Notes: generated from the letters alone by a model not told the origin. 64,000 nt of DNA from Octopus bimaculoides (GCF_001194135.2 NC_068985.1:106601102-106665101), one strand, 5' to 3'. Shown: positions 25,341 through 40,540, counted from the stretch's first letter. Numbers and translations: made by a program.

Positions 25341-26539
25341 ATGAGTGGTGTTATCCTAACGGGGAAAAATAATCATCACGATTATTACATAATCTGATTT
25401 CCATTCTTCCTCAATGACTCTATAAGAAATCAGTATTATATTGCATAGCTCATGCCTTTTTCAATGATATTAGTGATGCAAAAATCCATATATCATAACT
25501 GGATTGTAGACATAATTAACAGAGAATATATCTTTGATAATCTATGGTACTCACCAAAAGTCAAAGTAATATTGCTTAATCTCGGGTAGACACAAAGGCT
25601 ATGGTTTAAAGGAAATATAATGGATATATGGATGTGAGCAAGGTTGGATGTCTTAACAGTCTCAGCTTACCATGAAAATTACCGCTTCTTTATTGTTACC
25701 TAATTAGACAAATTAATTAAATGAATAGATAAATAAAATGATTTGGTGCTCTGCTAATCAGAAGACACTACAGATAGTCAGAACATTCTTGTATACTGTT
25801 TTTAACAAGAGTGAGATCTTGGTTCTATAGATGGTTGACCAGCTGGCCTTCTGTTTTCACAATGGCTGCTTAAAAGTATGGTTACTGTTGGTGGAGCCTG
25901 AACGTTGACAGAAAGATTTTAATCTGACCTAGTGATATTGAGAAATTTTCTAGTCAAGCGTTTCTCTATCAAACAAGGATTAACTGAAATTTTATTCAAA
26001 ATTACAACTATAACCAAATGAAATTTAACAGATTAGTGTCAATTACATTCCTAATAACCTTTATGCATTGCATAAAGCAACAATCACTGAAGAGAATGGG
26101 AGAACATTTTACTGAATATGCTTTGGAAACAAGAAGTCAGAAATGAAATGACTTTTCAAAGATAAGACAACAGAGATTTTAATTTTGTTTAATCACTGTA
26201 TATGAATTATTACCCCCACTGGAACTCTTATTTAATGGCAACTAATCTAAACATTGTCAAAGACATATTTGATTACTTTGATATCATCATAAATCAATTA
26301 ATCTTTCTTTTCTCATTCTACTTTTTTTTTCTCTAAGCAGTTATGACAGTGAAAATCGATGAGGTCATTTTCTCCAAACAGGAACAGAAAATTTTCATGT
26401 TCATATTTGAATCTTTTGCATTTCTGTAGTTTTATTTGCTTTTATTCATTCCCTCACTTGATGCGCATATACCAACAAGGCAGACAACACTAAAAATCTG
26501 AAGTGACACATAACTTTATCGATGTATCTGATGAGACCC

Positions 26540-26700
26540 AAACTGCAAAATCCATGTTTTCCTCTACCAAATCCACTCACAAGGCTTTGGTCGGCTTTGG
26601 TCGGCTTGAGAAAACATTTGCCCAAGATGCCACGCAGTGGGACTGAACCCGGAACCATGTGGTTGGTAAGCAAGCTACTTACCACACAGTCACTCCTGCA

Positions 26701-26702
<2 letters not shown>
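26540..26702 (-). mobile_element. tRNA-derived SINE, family B
   Basis: Reverse complement begins ggtgcaggagtgactgtgtggtaagtagcttgcttaccaaccacatggttccgggttcagtccc (A- and B-box-like). Abuts (TA)n and carries a 10-bp internal tandem duplication (ggctttggtc x2). Confidence 0.85.
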
Positions 26703-26739
<37 letters not shown>

Positions 26740-28168
26740 GAATACAAAAAATGGGACAAGTACGCAAAACATCCAGACAGCTAGATGATACAAAAAGGGA
26801 TCATTGAATTCTGGGGGTCACTGAATTCTGATATATTGCTTCTTTCAGCTATCTTGTGTTGGCTATTAATGTTTAATGCAGAAGACCTGAGTGTTTTTTT
26901 TATTCATTAGCAAAGGGAAGGAGAATTCTGAGAACCTGTATAGGAGTGTTATAAATTAGGTGACTCTATAGTTAGCCACTTATCACAGGCTAACATCAAT
27001 AAAGTAAATGTTGGATTGGAAAACATGCTGGTGGTTGCAGAGAAAACTACAATTAAGAGAGAGTTAGAGAGGCATGTGGGTCTGTGAACAGAAAAATTAG
27101 GCAACGCATTTAATCTGTATGGTGGAGTAAGATACGGTGAAGTCAAGACAAGACAGACAGCTGTACCATGTTTGTTATAATGGGGCAGTAAAAAGTCAAG
27201 AAGTTTAGAACAAACTATGTTGTAAAATTTGCAAGGGAGACAGAAAAAAAAAAAAAGGTACATTTCAATGGTGGGTGAGTTAAGGTTTCCCTATCAGGGA
27301 AACTTGAACTTGAAAACATTCAGTGTCTGTGTGAATGAACTTCGTTTGTACTGCTTTATTTCATCATCATCCTTATTATAATTGCTAGCATTATGACAAC
27401 TCACTGCTTTCTCTTTTATATGAGTTTGTGGTTCCACACATCTGTAAGAAAATCACATATGCATATATTTGATGTATATGTGACTTTATAAATGTCTCCT
27501 ACAAAGAATTCAAGATAGATTCTTTTTGTAAAATATTTTCAACACTGAACTAGTTAAAAAGAGAAATATGAATAAAATAATAAAACCCAATACAAATAAT
27601 TGTTGAATTTCCTTCATTATTGCATTTCATTTACACAACAACAAAACTTTGGGAACATGTTTATCCAGAATGGAGCCATTAAGTTAGGTTTAGACAGTTT
27701 AGAATAAACAATAAGTTTTGATAAAGAAACATACAAGTAGAGCTTAATTTAATAATTGAACACACAAACATGCGTGCACGGAGCACTACTGGGACACATT
27801 AAACTTCATAAACTTTCCTAATGACAAAGATATTCAACCAACAAGGTAATGACAATAACAATGGTATAAGGAATGTGAGTTTTAAACACATGGTAAAGTG
27901 AAATATGAAAGAAACCAAGTGAACATGTGAGTAATTCAGATGCAGATATTAACAACTTCAGATAAGTCAACAGAGATATACTTTTAAGGATTAGTTTAAA
28001 ACTTCTGCCAGAACAGTCAGACAGTCAAAGATATTAGTGGTCAAAGAGAGGATTACATATTTGGTGAGTGTTGGTAATATGTCTCACAAAACACAGGACA
28101 ATGACAGGCTATAAGAAGCTGTCATGTGGTTATTAAAGATTCAGGGGAAACACACCAAGCCCATTTAC

Positions 28169-28270
28169 CTGAGGCTGATGCTGAAGCAACAGCAGCAACA
28201 AATAAACTTGCTGAGCCAAGGGCAGCGGGTTTAGGACTGCTTTCCACAACAGTCTGCACCGTTGGGGTAC
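28169..28270 (-). CDS. Internal coding exon, 102 nt, phase 1-1: (G)TPTVQTVVESSPKPAALGSASLFVAAVASASAS
   Basis: Acceptor ctgctaatactggctcgtccctgctctAG and donor CAG|gtaaat. GC-rich island with an open frame whose composition continues into the next exon. Confidence 0.85.
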
Positions 28271-30454
28271 CTAGAGCAGGGACGAGCCAGTATTAGCAGA
28301 AGTTCGTTACTATCTAAAAATCATCTTAACCATAACATATTTGATTAACAACTTGCAATATTAATGAAATGTCTTTCAATTAAATAAGGACAACGTTTAA
28401 CAAAAAAAGTATGATTATCTAATGAAAGTTATCATCGAAATAAATGTTGGTTTTGTTATTTAATGATACAAATTGAAATAAATGATATCTTTATTTATAG
28501 CAAAATAACAGTATAGGAAAATATATTTGCAGAAATTAGGAAAAAATGTTTGAGAAAAAAAAATGTAAAAGAAAGAAAGAAAGAAAGAAAAAGAAAGACA
28601 GAAAAAATTGTTAGGCTATAGGACAAAAGAATATTTATGAATATTGACAAGAACGCCATGCAAAATATATTTATTTCTCTCTTTGGAAATGTTAATGAAC
28701 TCAATAAACTGATGAATCTTAATTAGTAAGCTTATAATGTTGAGAGGAAAACATCTGAGAATACAATGATTTTCATAATACTAAATAAGTTCAGTTATTA
28801 CTGTCTGGTAATATCTATGATGCTATGATTTAGTAACATAGTATATGCAATTTAACAATTTAAATAAGGTGTAATGATGCATTGCACTAAACTCTCCATC
28901 ACTTTCTCTCTCACTCAGAGTACTATTTATGTATAAAATGCTGTAAAATGTGTGTATAAATAAATTATGAAACAATGTTGGGGAGAAAATTATTTGTAAT
29001 AATCTGTAGCAGATGTGAAGATATACAGAAAAAAAAAAAAAAAAAAAAAAAAAAAACGATGCGAAACGTGTATAAAATAAGTTGTAAGGGAGATAACTAA
29101 GTCAATTAATTCCCACAATTAATGACAGCAGAGACCGATATGATATTTTTTTCCCTTTACCATCCTCTCTCACTTATACACAAAAATTCTACTTAATCCT
29201 TTTATACACTCACCTACCAAGTATACAGGCAACAAAAACAAAAGTTACTTTTAATCAGACATACAACATTCAATACTAACCTGTAGCAACTTCAAATATA
29301 TCCTACCCATATTAATACAAGCTTTAGGGAACTTCTATCTGGTATTTTCTGCTAGAAAGACCAGCCAAATCTCTGGTCCAGAGGATAGAAATGGTATGGT
29401 CATGAGTGGAATCCCTCCAATCTAAGGTCTGATTGATCAGGGCTAATCTGGGGTTAAAGAACAATGACCATATGCCATACATATTTATGTTACATATCAC
29501 CATATTCTCTTCCATGGTCTTGTGACAGCAAAAGAGACAGTGTATGTACATACATCTGTGACTATGTAGACTAAATAAAGCTGAGTGAGCCCTGTGGTGT
29601 TTCAAGTAGGTAAATACTAGTCACGGGTGGTATGTAACTTAAAATGTTACTATGATATTGGTCAAGGTATGCCAGCTACTTATGTCTCTGACAGTCTTTT
29701 CAGACTTGTAGAGATCAAAAGTTACTCACTTGAGGGTAGTCAGTCTGGTTCAACACATTCATATATGATGGCTGCATCTTGATTTTGAGCAATGCCATCA
29801 CTTGATCATTCTCTTAAACATGTACAGTGCAGGAGTGGCTTTTTTAGTCTCATTAGGGACCTATACTCTTTGGCACAGATGGGGCAATGATGGATGCCTC
29901 TTGCAAGAGGAATTCAGTGTTCTATCCATGCTTACATTCTATTGTGGAACTTTTTTATTGACTGTTTTGCTTTACACAGCTATGGTCAGCCACACTATGC
30001 AACAAATAACAGAGATATGTGTATGCGTTTGTGCATGAACATGTGTGTGCATGTATGTTTGTCTTTCACTAAGTTACAGGATATGTAAACAAACTAACAA
30101 TGACTGTCAAGTACAACTGGTGTTACTTTGTTTACAATACCCATAACATAGCAATGCAGCAAAATGCAACTAATAGAATGAGTACCAGACTGAAAAATGA
30201 GTACTAGGGTTGATTTGATTGTTTAAACACTTCAAAGTGGGGCACCAACATAGCTGCACCCCAACAACTCAAACAAGTAAAAGAATAATGTAACCACCAG
30301 CCACTTTTATTAATTACCCAGTAGCTACCACTCTTACATACACATATACATACCTATATCATTAAAGAAGTGATTTTAAATTCTCAATCGCATGATAATG
30401 CTAATAATATAGCCTGAACAGGATAAACTACCCCTATTTTGCAGAAAAAAGTGT

Positions 30455-30520
30455 AGGTGGTTAGCAGTGGACTCGAACTCACATCTCCATGATTACGCGT
30501 CACGATGCTCAACTTACGTT
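30455..30520 (-). pseudogene. Degenerate tRNA-Thr(CGT)-like sequence or tRNA-derived SINE head
   Basis: Reverse complement has stem cgtga/tcatg with loop cgCGTaa, a B-box gttcgagtcc and ends ...acca. The D and acceptor arms are degraded and position 33 is not U. Confidence 0.4.
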
Positions 30521-31689
30521 TGTCGTAATTTGAATTTAACATACCTATATCAGTTTCAAATTTTGGCTTGAGGTCAGCTGATTACATCAACCCCAGTGCT
30601 GAACAGGCACTTATTTTTTCTCCATGCACATATGTATATTACCCAACATACACACATATGTACTACCAACCTTCTACCCTGCCACAAACACATTATCTGC
30701 CAATCACTCACCCACCCTCCTACACACCAGATTATCTGCCATCCAACATGTATATATTACCTACTGCCCTACCATATGAGCCAATACACCTCTCTGACAG
30801 AAATGGTAGAGTGCCAGAGAAGGCATTTTACAACATATAGTTTCCATTGAAATGTTAATATCAAGCCAGGGCAGACTGGATTTAGTTGTTCACCTCTCTG
30901 GGTTAAAGTATTTGGACCGACTCAACTAGTTGTACTTTTCCTCTAACACCTAGGGCCTAATATCAGTTTAAGACACTATTCATAGAAGTGGTAGAGCACG
31001 GGTCATGGAAATTCACAGTGTTCTTCTGAATTCAAATTCCAGTAACAGCAGGAGTTGACTCCGAGTTTTCCCTACCCACCTGACCAAAGATTTAGCCTCT
31101 ACATAAGTGAAGAAAAGATAAACGAATAGTAGTAAAGTTATAGCTTAATTGATTACCTTAACTAGAGATACCTAACCCATATAGTCACATAGACAATAGC
31201 TGTTGTTTGTTTCTATCAAAGAGCTATGTATATTTATCCAGCATTTCCATAACCAACAAAGATTTCTAGATGAAGCTTTTTAATTAATGTCTGGTATATG
31301 TTTATCTTGCAATGTTGTAATCAACTCCATTGCTTTATCTCAATAATACTTGGGTAAGGTCATTCTTACTAGTTGGGTTAGCAGTGGCAACTGTATTCTT
31401 CAATGGTTGTCTTTTACTATATCCTAGCATAGATACAAAACCATTGATCATTTAAAACTGTGATAAATTGCTTTGTGGAAATAAAATAAATGCCGTTTTT
31501 GTGTGATTACATTAACCAGGTGTGTATAAATCATAGTAACTGTATTATTGACCGACCAAGTGTCAATTGAACAATGGGTAATTGCTGTAAATGTGAAGAG
31601 AAGCAGCTGTAGAACAGCATGGGCCAGCGTAGCTAACCTATTTAGGCCTTAGCATAAGTATATGCTATAAATATTATCAAAGATATGGT

Positions 31690-31865
31690 GGCAGCCTGTG
31701 TTAGAAACAGCAGCCAAGTATCCCTTGAATCACAATGTCTCAAATAAAGAAGGATAAGTCCCCTACACACAAAGACAGGATGGCCAGATCTGGAACACCT
31801 TTGATCATAGTTCTGCTCAATTAGGGCTGATCTAAGGCTAAACACCGCCACCACCAACAACAACA
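31690..31865 (+). mobile_element. Copy of an unclassified dispersed repeat (family C) ending in (CAA)n-like sequence
   Basis: Core tagaaa(t/c)agcagccaaat...ctcaaatcac recurs at about 6640-6730 (-), 17375-17550 (-), 29345-29470, 44510-44690 and 45770-45960. Confidence 0.65.
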
Positions 31866-34800
31866 CCATTTCACCATTGTCATCAAAAAGTCAATAGTAG
31901 TTGTTCATGAATTACTAATCAATTATGAGATGTATTTCAAGTTTAGTCAGAACATCATTCTAACAAAGTATTCAAGACAGCATAAAAAGTATTCTAAACA
32001 TAAAATCTGAGGTAAGTTATTTCTTTGATAAAATAAAAATATAATGCTACACAAATGTGTAGTTTTATAATCCATTGTAATGATGTTTGGAGTGATGTGG
32101 AGAGAAAGAATAACACTGCAACTACATATATACATTAGAAAGGGTGGGAGACTATGTTGAAAGAATGAATCAAATCAGAAATAATGAATCAAACAAAAAA
32201 GTCAGTCTTTAGTGGTAAAAATAAAACATCAAATTGTATAGATTATATTGGAAGTAAAAAGAATGACTTGAGATATCATTTATCTAACTAAATTATAGCT
32301 AAGGCTAATGATCCAATAAGGTCCATCCATCATAGAAACTATCCAGGTAGTAGAAACTCAATCACTAAAGCCTCTCATTAATAATCAGATGAAAATATAA
32401 ACAATGTTACATTGTAATTTGGTAGTTAATAAAATGATAATTATGTGGAAAAGAAGCTTTTAGAGAAACAAAGAATTCAATAAAGTTGAAATGTCAAAAG
32501 GTCAATGAACCATGCATTGCTCAATCCATGCAAGCATGGAAAAGGGGACATTAAAATGATGATGATAATGATGATAATGATTAAATCAAACAAAAATAAT
32601 TAAAGCATTGTTAAAAAAAAAATCAAATTATTTGTACAAGAAACCAAGTATTAAAACTGCTCTCCCTTTTCATAAATTAAGCTAATGATCAACAAACATG
32701 ATTTATTATAATAATGAGCTTATTGTATACAGTGTTTTGGTACACTACAGCTCATCAGAAAAGGGTGAAAGAGGGACAGAAAGCAGCAATAAGTAAAGAC
32801 AAACAAAATTGATAGCCAAAACTAGACATGCACAGAACAAAATAAAACAAAAAATACAGAAAAATGAACAGAAAATGAACCGTAAACAAGAAAGGGTACT
32901 TTAGGTACATCAGGACTGATATTGGCAAATTTGAGGAAGCTTAGAATTTTTGAAGGATACAATGTCATGACATCTAATGACCAACACAGTTTATTTCAAG
33001 CTTCTGCAATTGTGAGCATGAAAAATGGTTTCTGAAAGTCTGGATGCTATGCTGTTTTTTAAAAATTTTATGAGCATGTTTACAGGTAATAAGAGGTATT
33101 GAACAGAGAAAAGTGGCTAGAGTTGTTGTTGGAAAGATGGTGGATAATCTTGTATGCTTCTATCAAGTCAGCTACAAGATGTTGAAATTTTAGAAACAGA
33201 CTTAGACTTTGTATTGGTCCTTGCATTGTATATTATAAATGGTGAAATGGAGATTATATGTTAATGAAACATCCAACTCATCTCATCAATCAAATCCTAA
33301 AGTAGAATCTTGACATTATAGGATAAAAGAATTTAGTTCTGTTCATGGTTTTATACTGATCAGATTTCATAACTATAGCAGGATACTGAATGCTCTTAGG
33401 TGGTAGAACACTGATAAATAACCTTCGTATACTTAATTAACTATTAAACAAATCAAAACAAGAACTAATTTTAGAAAACACTAACATACTAACAATTTTA
33501 CTTCACTCTGCTAAACAATTTGCATCTCAAATAGTTTCAGAAAGTTATGTCTGTGTACACATAACACCTGGAGTAAAAACCTCTCTTGAAACTTTCTCAT
33601 AGCTCTGACACAAGCCACTTAACTAGCTGAAGTTGATTGCCAGTAAAGTTAATGAAGGGTAATCTACTATGAAATGGTGCAATAAATACAGGAGTTAAAA
33701 CCAGTAATTTGACATAATGACAGCATAGGATAAAAACACTAACAATTAAATTACTACAGTTAATACATGTTTACTACCTCTTTACACACACTATGTATAA
33801 ATGGAAAGGTAGAGCTATGCATGTAATGTATACACATATTCACATACAAATAACCACTTATTTTATCTAACTTTCAAACAAAAGCTTTAAAGTGTAAATT
33901 TGATGCTACATACAAAGACTATTCAAAATCATTGTATTCTGTAAAGTACACACAAGTATGCACACAGTCCTACTGAAGGATTAAGGTTATCTGAATATAT
34001 TTGTTTTCACATTTGTCTTTCCTTTCTGGAATGAGTTAAGTGATTACAGTAAGTAATGAGGCATTGTTTCATAGGTGGATAACCTTCCTATCACTAACCT
34101 TTACCTATTTTACATGGAAGGGATCTCTTATTTCACTTGACTTTGAAACTGCAAAGCCAGCAGATTTGTAGAAAGAAAGGACAACATCACTGCTAGTAGC
34201 TGAGTGACTTTTTGAGAAATGCAAATTCAAACAAAGACATATGTGCATATATACACACAAACCCACAGTAGGTCTTTTCAATGGGGGTTATAGCAGAAAA
34301 CATTTGCCCAAGATGTCATGCAGCAGAGCTGAACCTAAGACTATATAGCTGGGAAGCAAACTTCTTAACCACAAAGCTATACCAGTGCCTATGTAGCTTA
34401 CAAACACACATACATACACACAAACAAATAATGGTCATGTGCACTGATTAAAACTGTAAAAAAGAAAACAAAGTTACTCACTCTGTTAAGATATCAACTG
34501 CAGGTGGGTAACAAGCAGTTCTCTTTTTTTATTTGCCTTTAGGAGTGCTTGTAAATATCATATATAATTTATATTTAAAACTTTAACTGTTTACATTATC
34601 GCTAATTTACACACACACACATACATATACACTACACACACAGACCACTGCTGGATGTGGTCAATATGAATAGGTCAATCAGAAATAACTGTGCAGACTG
34701 ATTGTATACGTGCTGTTGCAGTGTTTAAAATGCATTAAGCACAACAGTGATAAGTTATAGGAAGATATAAGAAAGATGATTTATTGACTGAGTTACTATA

Positions 34801-35550
34801 ATAAGCCTGTTCATCTTATCTATACAGAAGAAGCTGTAGTAAAATATAAAGTGTAAAAACAGATAAACATGGATGACAGGCAACGCATGAACTTTGCAGA
34901 ATCGATTAAATATATAAAGTGTACTGAACAGAAGTCAAGAAGTAGTAGTAGAAGAGTGTTTTTCTTTTTTGTTAATTGCTGATTATGAGACAGCAGATTC
35001 TCTGGTTATCATTGGTAACTTAAGAGATCTGGATTGCTGTGGTGTTAGGGTATTGGAAGGTCGGTAGTTTATATCCTGTAATTAGTGTTCTATTGTGCCT
35101 GTGGTCAAATAAACACCATGCTGTAATTGTATGATAGAGCAGTTAACAGCAGTTATAAAAGGAAGACCATCAAATGAGTGGATATTAATACCTTGATATT
35201 TAACTGGCAATGATGGTGATGATGATGACATTGAACATGATATATTGATATCTAGCTAGCAGTAATAATGATGACATTGTTACTGAGATACCAAATTGGT
35301 AGTGATTTGTTACCTTGATATATAGCTGACAATAATGTTGGTAATGTTATCTGCATGGGGTAATTACTTTTAAGATTGGGTTTGACAAAGATGAAACATA
35401 TTTTGATGATCATTACATGGCTGGTTGTATGAAATGTGAAGATGTATGGTATTGAAAGATGGACAGCGAATATATATGTGATGTATGCAATAGGCGTAAC
35501 ATGTAATAGTGAAACATTAAAAAAAAATTTCTTTTTACTTGCTTGGTCTG

Positions 35551-35581
<31 letters not shown>

Positions 35582-35899
35582 CATGTTCATGTCCTTCATG
35601 AGTTCTCATAAACTATAGAGATTGATGCCATTAATGTTCCTTCTGAAGCATAGCAAGTTAACACCTGTGTGAAAGACAAAGGGAGTTCCAAAGGACAATC
35701 TTCTGGAGGAACACTGGACAGACATAGTGGTCAATGAGGGGTTAGGATTAGGGTGTTTGGACACAACAATATGTTGAGAAGGGGAAAGATGAGGGGGTTG
35801 CATATAACTGAGTAGAGGTCACATGGGCTCTGAAGCATAGGGCCACTTGTGGGGATACAGCCCTTGGTATGTTAACAATGTGCTCTTGTCAGGAGTGAT

Positions 35900-36500
35900 C
35901 CGCAATGATAGAATGGACCATCATATAGAGAGACTGTGATGGCTCTAGTTGCATGCTACATGTTTACAGAAAAGTATAGAGTAATGAGTACCATCTGTGG
36001 TATTTCATAGTTAAAAGAAACAAGATTGGCATTTCCTTTTTAGAGATTGATTTTGAGGTCACTATTTATGGAATCAGTATGGATTTTGATATGTGGTATC
36101 TAGGTTGTATGTGGCTGATGCATAATTAGGGATGATTAGGGAAGAATGAAGTGTAGTATTAGCTGTGCAAGAGCAGGTGATGTTAAATGTGATGACAAGT
36201 AGGTCATTGATGTATTAAGAGAGTGGAGGGAAAGTAATGAACCCAGGGGGTGCAAAATTGATAGAGTGAGGTAGAGGAAGAGCTTTGTCAATAAATGTGA
36301 GTGTGATTTGATAAGAAGGTACCATTTTAAGAGATGGCAGATGAGTGGAGATCAAGAGGGACAGATGTCGTCAAAAGCTTTATTGATGCCAGGAGTAAAT
36401 TACATCCACTAAATTTCTCCAGAGCAACAACCTGCTAGGGGTGACATAGAAAACTAAGACAACATTGAATCTGGTTTTAGGGGCTGTACATATACTGGAT
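35900..36500 (-). mobile_element. Degraded L2/CR1/Crack-type LINE reverse-transcriptase fragment
   Basis: Minus-strand pieces GINKAFD, APPGF...YINDLL...ANTTLHSS and SINSDL...NLVSFN correspond to the RT motifs DISKAFD, PQGS..YINDLL, ADDSTLHSS and SLNSDL...NLVSFN. Confidence 0.65.
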
Positions 36501-36779
36501 TATATGTGGTGTGTTTGTGATGTACTGTTGTTATTTAACTTTGATCTAAACTTATGATCAAAGATGTTTCAATCATGATCATTGAGATTCTATCTTTTAT
36601 TTGGACATAGTTCACTTAGGACTACATTATCTGATGTGTTATTCTTCATTCTTAAGATATGTGTGTAAGATGTATGATGGCATATGTGATGGCAGTGAAG
36701 CAGGTAAAGTGAAGGTAGAAACTATAAGTGGCACATGTATGATCTGTCAGATTGTATGGTAGTGGGACACAAGGCAAAG

Positions 36780-37150
36780 AATTTAGCAGATTATATGTGT
36801 GTATAATATGTAATGTGTGTAAAATGAGTAATAATGTATAGCAGTGAGACATGGATATTGAATGTATAATATTTACAGCTACTGCAGAGGAACAAAGTAA
36901 ATATGGCCAGTATGTACAATGATAATTCATGAAATCTAAGTAGAAGAGAGAAGAGAAAACTCCTGGGGTCAGAAAATTAGCATATATAGATGAAAGAGAT
37001 TCTTAAACTCATACAGTGGGCAATTAATGTAACTGGAAGATGCTGGGTGGATGAAAATGTAGTCCAGATGGATATGAAAAGAATTTGTGACAGAAGACCA
37101 AAGAGGACTTCAAACTAAGAAACTAGGTGAGACCTAGAATGATGAAAGTT
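36780..37150 (+). mobile_element. Old RTE LINE C-terminal fragment
   Basis: VIMYSSETWILNV matches the AMLHGSETWAV region of the 9250-10343 element; the rest is heavily degraded. Confidence 0.45.
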
Positions 37151-37564
37151 GATAAGATGACGAGAAGGTGTATTATATAGAGGGTTATTATTCAACATCA
37201 GCTATTAGAGGAAAAACTCAAACATAAACAACAGCACTAATGACAATGATGATGATGGTGATGATGATAGCTTACATCTCGTATCTATTGGTATCCCACT
37301 TACCAAGAGGTAATACAGAACTAACTACACTTTTTATCAAAATGTTACTCTTTGATGAAAACATGAGTAAATTATAAACACAACAAAAAACAACCAAAAA
37401 TCTTCATGTATATATATTTCAAACAAACTAAATACAAAAGAGCAAACTGTTTCCATAGTTATCCTTAGTATTTATTATTAGTAAAGGTGGTGTAATTGAT
37501 GGTAGAAACAAGTGCAAATGTAGGGTATTAGTTGTAGAGAAATAAAGGAGAATAGAATAATTAC

Positions 37565-37639
37565 CTGCAGCAGTAAAGCTGGGTGTGGGAGGTGGTGTTC
37601 CTTGTGACTGGCCATTGTTACTAACCTGTTGTGTACTCC
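37565..37639 (-). CDS. Internal coding exon, 75 nt, phase 1-1: (G)STQQVSNNGQSQGTPPPTPSFTAA
   Basis: Acceptor ctgttatgtttcatcccctAG and donor CAG|gtaatt. Open frame that joins the 28270 exon in frame. Confidence 0.82.
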
Positions 37640-37947
37640 CTAGGGGATGAAACATAACAGCATAGGTGTAGAACAGGTAGAAAGTCTAGGAGGGGTGCCT
37701 TATGAAATTTGTTAATATGGGTAGAGCTAGATTCTTCTTATAGTACTTGTTTCATAGGTGTCGGTTGGTGTGGGGAATAAAGAGAGAGACAGATAGAGGA
37801 AAGAGGCAGAGAGAGACACATTTAAGTAGAGAGATTAGTTGTTGGACAAGTGGAGATAAATAGACACTCACACAAAATAGATAATAGGTTGGTAGGTAAA
37901 CAATAATATAATTAATAAGACAGGAAGACCTCTAGTAAGACAATGTG

Positions 37948-38020
<73 letters not shown>

Positions 38021-38520
38021 ACACACACACACACAGTGTGTAAGAAAGGGAGAAATTTCAGTAGACACATAAATATAAAGAGAGAGTAACAGAGAGGGGG
38101 TAAAAACGAGGATGTATACATGTGTGTTGTGTGCATGCAGGTCAGAGAGAGAGTATGTGATGAAAATTTCCAATGAGAAGTGGATATTAAACAAAAGAAA
38201 ATTATCTGAGTCAACAGACATTTCTGAACAGCTTAAAGTCTACTGATCAACTGGTATACAGAGCTCAAGATTTGACTCAATATGATGTGTGTGAGGGCGT
38301 GCATGCACCACACAGTTTTACTCACTAGACACAAATACTAGGTTGGTGCAATGCTTTTTAAAGTGAAAAAGAGCTGCATGTACATCAGACTCATTTTTAT
38401 ACAATATGCTCAGTGGTTAAGATAAAACCAAGACAACTGAACTTTTATGTGAGGTAGGAGATTGCCAAAGTGACTACAAGGATCTTCAGACCTTACAGAG
38501 CCATGTAATTTGATGCATAC

Positions 38521-38685
38521 CCAGGCTATAAAGTATCATTCCAGTTGTGTGCCCTGCATCATGGCTTCTAACCCAATATGATAGTATGTTACCGCTTGCA
38601 ACAGTTTCTCCTATAGGCCTGCAGTCACCAACTTCAAAACCATGAATGTTACTTATTTCTTTGGTCAATAGATGAAAACATGCTA
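38521..38685 (-). CDS. Weak candidate exon, 165 nt, phase 1-1: (V)ACFHLLTKEISNIHGFEVGDCRPIGETVASGNILSYWVRSHDAGHTTGMILYSL
   Basis: Acceptor tttgtgtgtatttAG (NAGNAG), donor TGG|gtatgc, open frame. The plus strand here vaguely resembles a decayed CR1 RT, so it may be spurious. Confidence 0.3.
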
Positions 38686-40023
38686 CTAAATACACACAAA
38701 TATTTGATGTATATATGTAGACATTACTGTACAGCCTTTACCTCCTTTAGATTTATTTGCCTTTGACAAGTCTTGCTTTTCATCTGGCAGGGTATCACAA
38801 GTCATCTTTCTTACCGAGCAAGCTTGGTGCAAATGCCAGTTTACTTGCCAATAACATGATCATTGTATTGGGTCACGTGCTAGTTTAGCACCTGTATCTA
38901 GCAAGTTCAGTATGTATAGTACATAATAGACTGATACAAAGTAAGAGGTCTTGTGGTAGTGGTTGGAGTGCTCAGCACATTTGTAATAATGAAATACCAT
39001 AGATCCTTAGTTTCAGGTGCAAGGAAGGTGTAGTGTAGACAGGAGCAGTCAAGGTTTTCTGCCAACAACCCTTCCGACCTTCTCCAATTCTATGACTGCA
39101 TTCTCTGTTGATATGCTATGTAGTTAGTTGCAGTCTTCATTGATTAGTGATAGCTGAAACTTCTCAGAGTCACTGATGGTGGACCTTTTATGGCAGCAGT
39201 GCGGGTATCACACATCTATCATGATAAAATCCCACGACTTCCTTAGCTCTAGACACACAAAAAAGCTGTAGTGTAAGTGGAAGCAGGTGTAATTCTCTGT
39301 TCCCCATATGGTTACATCTTCTGTTGAGGTGCCATGTGGCTGAATTGTTGTTCTCAATGATCACCAATAGATGGACATGATAACTATAGGTTTCATTTTA
39401 TGACCTTTTCATTCATTCTCTTTTTCTTTTTCCCTGTTTTTTTTTTTTTTGAAGTTGCTAGGTCATCATCAAATCTGATGGATGAACTACCAACATTATA
39501 CACATATATAAATAAATAGATGGATATATGTGTACACACACAATTGTATCTTTATTTGTATATGCCTTAAATTATAAACATGTATGCATATATATAAGTG
39601 CTTGCGTATATATCCAATACAAATAAATACATCTGTGTGGGTGTTTTATGCATAACACACCATGAATCAGTAGAAATGAAATTTAAATAGAACAAAGCCT
39701 AGGTGAGGGTGAAATAACAATGTAAGCCCATTATGATGAGTGCAAAGAAGAAGGAGGGAGTTTCCTGATAGAAGGTTTCATGGTTTGTTGGCCACACATC
39801 AAAAAAGATGTACCCTAATTGTTTCCCCAATCAATCGCATACAGTAGTGACCATAAATATACAGCAGTCGTAAATTATGTGACCACAATTGTAGAAATCG
39901 TAATTTTTCTGCATTTGCTTTCATTGGAATATCATTACTTAAACAATATTTTATACACAACACACTGTGAATCAGAAGAACTTGTAACAGTTGAAAAAAA
40001 AAAAAAAAAAAAAAAAAAAAAAA

Positions 40024-40500
40024 NNNNNNNNNNNNNNNNNNNNNNNNNNNNNNNNNNNNNNNNNNNNNNNNNNNNNNNNNNNNNNNNNNNNNNNNNNNNN
40101 NNNNNNNNNNNNNNNNNNNNNNNNNNNNNNNNNNNNNNNNNNNNNNNNNNNNNNNNNNNNNNNNNNNNNNNNNNNNNNNNNNNNNNNNNNNNNNNNNNNN
40201 NNNNNNNNNNNNNNNNNNNNNNNNNNNNNNNNNNNNNNNNNNNNNNNNNNNNNNNNNNNNNNNNNNNNNNNNNNNNNNNNNNNNNNNNNNNNNNNNNNNN
40301 NNNNNNNNNNNNNNNNNNNNNNNNNNNNNNNNNNNNNNNNNNNNNNNNNNNNNNNNNNNNNNNNNNNNNNNNNNNNNNNNNNNNNNNNNNNNNNNNNNNN
40401 NNNNNNNNNNNNNNNNNNNNNNNNNNNNNNNNNNNNNNNNNNNNNNNNNNNNNNNNNNNNNNNNNNNNNNNNNNNNNNNNNNNNNNNNNNNNNNNNNNNN
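40024..40500. other. Assembly gap (N run) between a poly-A tract and (TA)n
   Basis: Directly visible. Confidence 1.

Positions 40501-40540
<40 letters not shown>

Noticed and set aside
25671-25699. 29-nt candidate exon (GNNKEAVIFM, ATG|gtaagc) that could pair with 19788-19701 to restore the frame
   Set aside because: It needs two unsupported exons and a weak donor (AAG|gtttat), and would interrupt an otherwise continuous Ala/Ser-rich junction.
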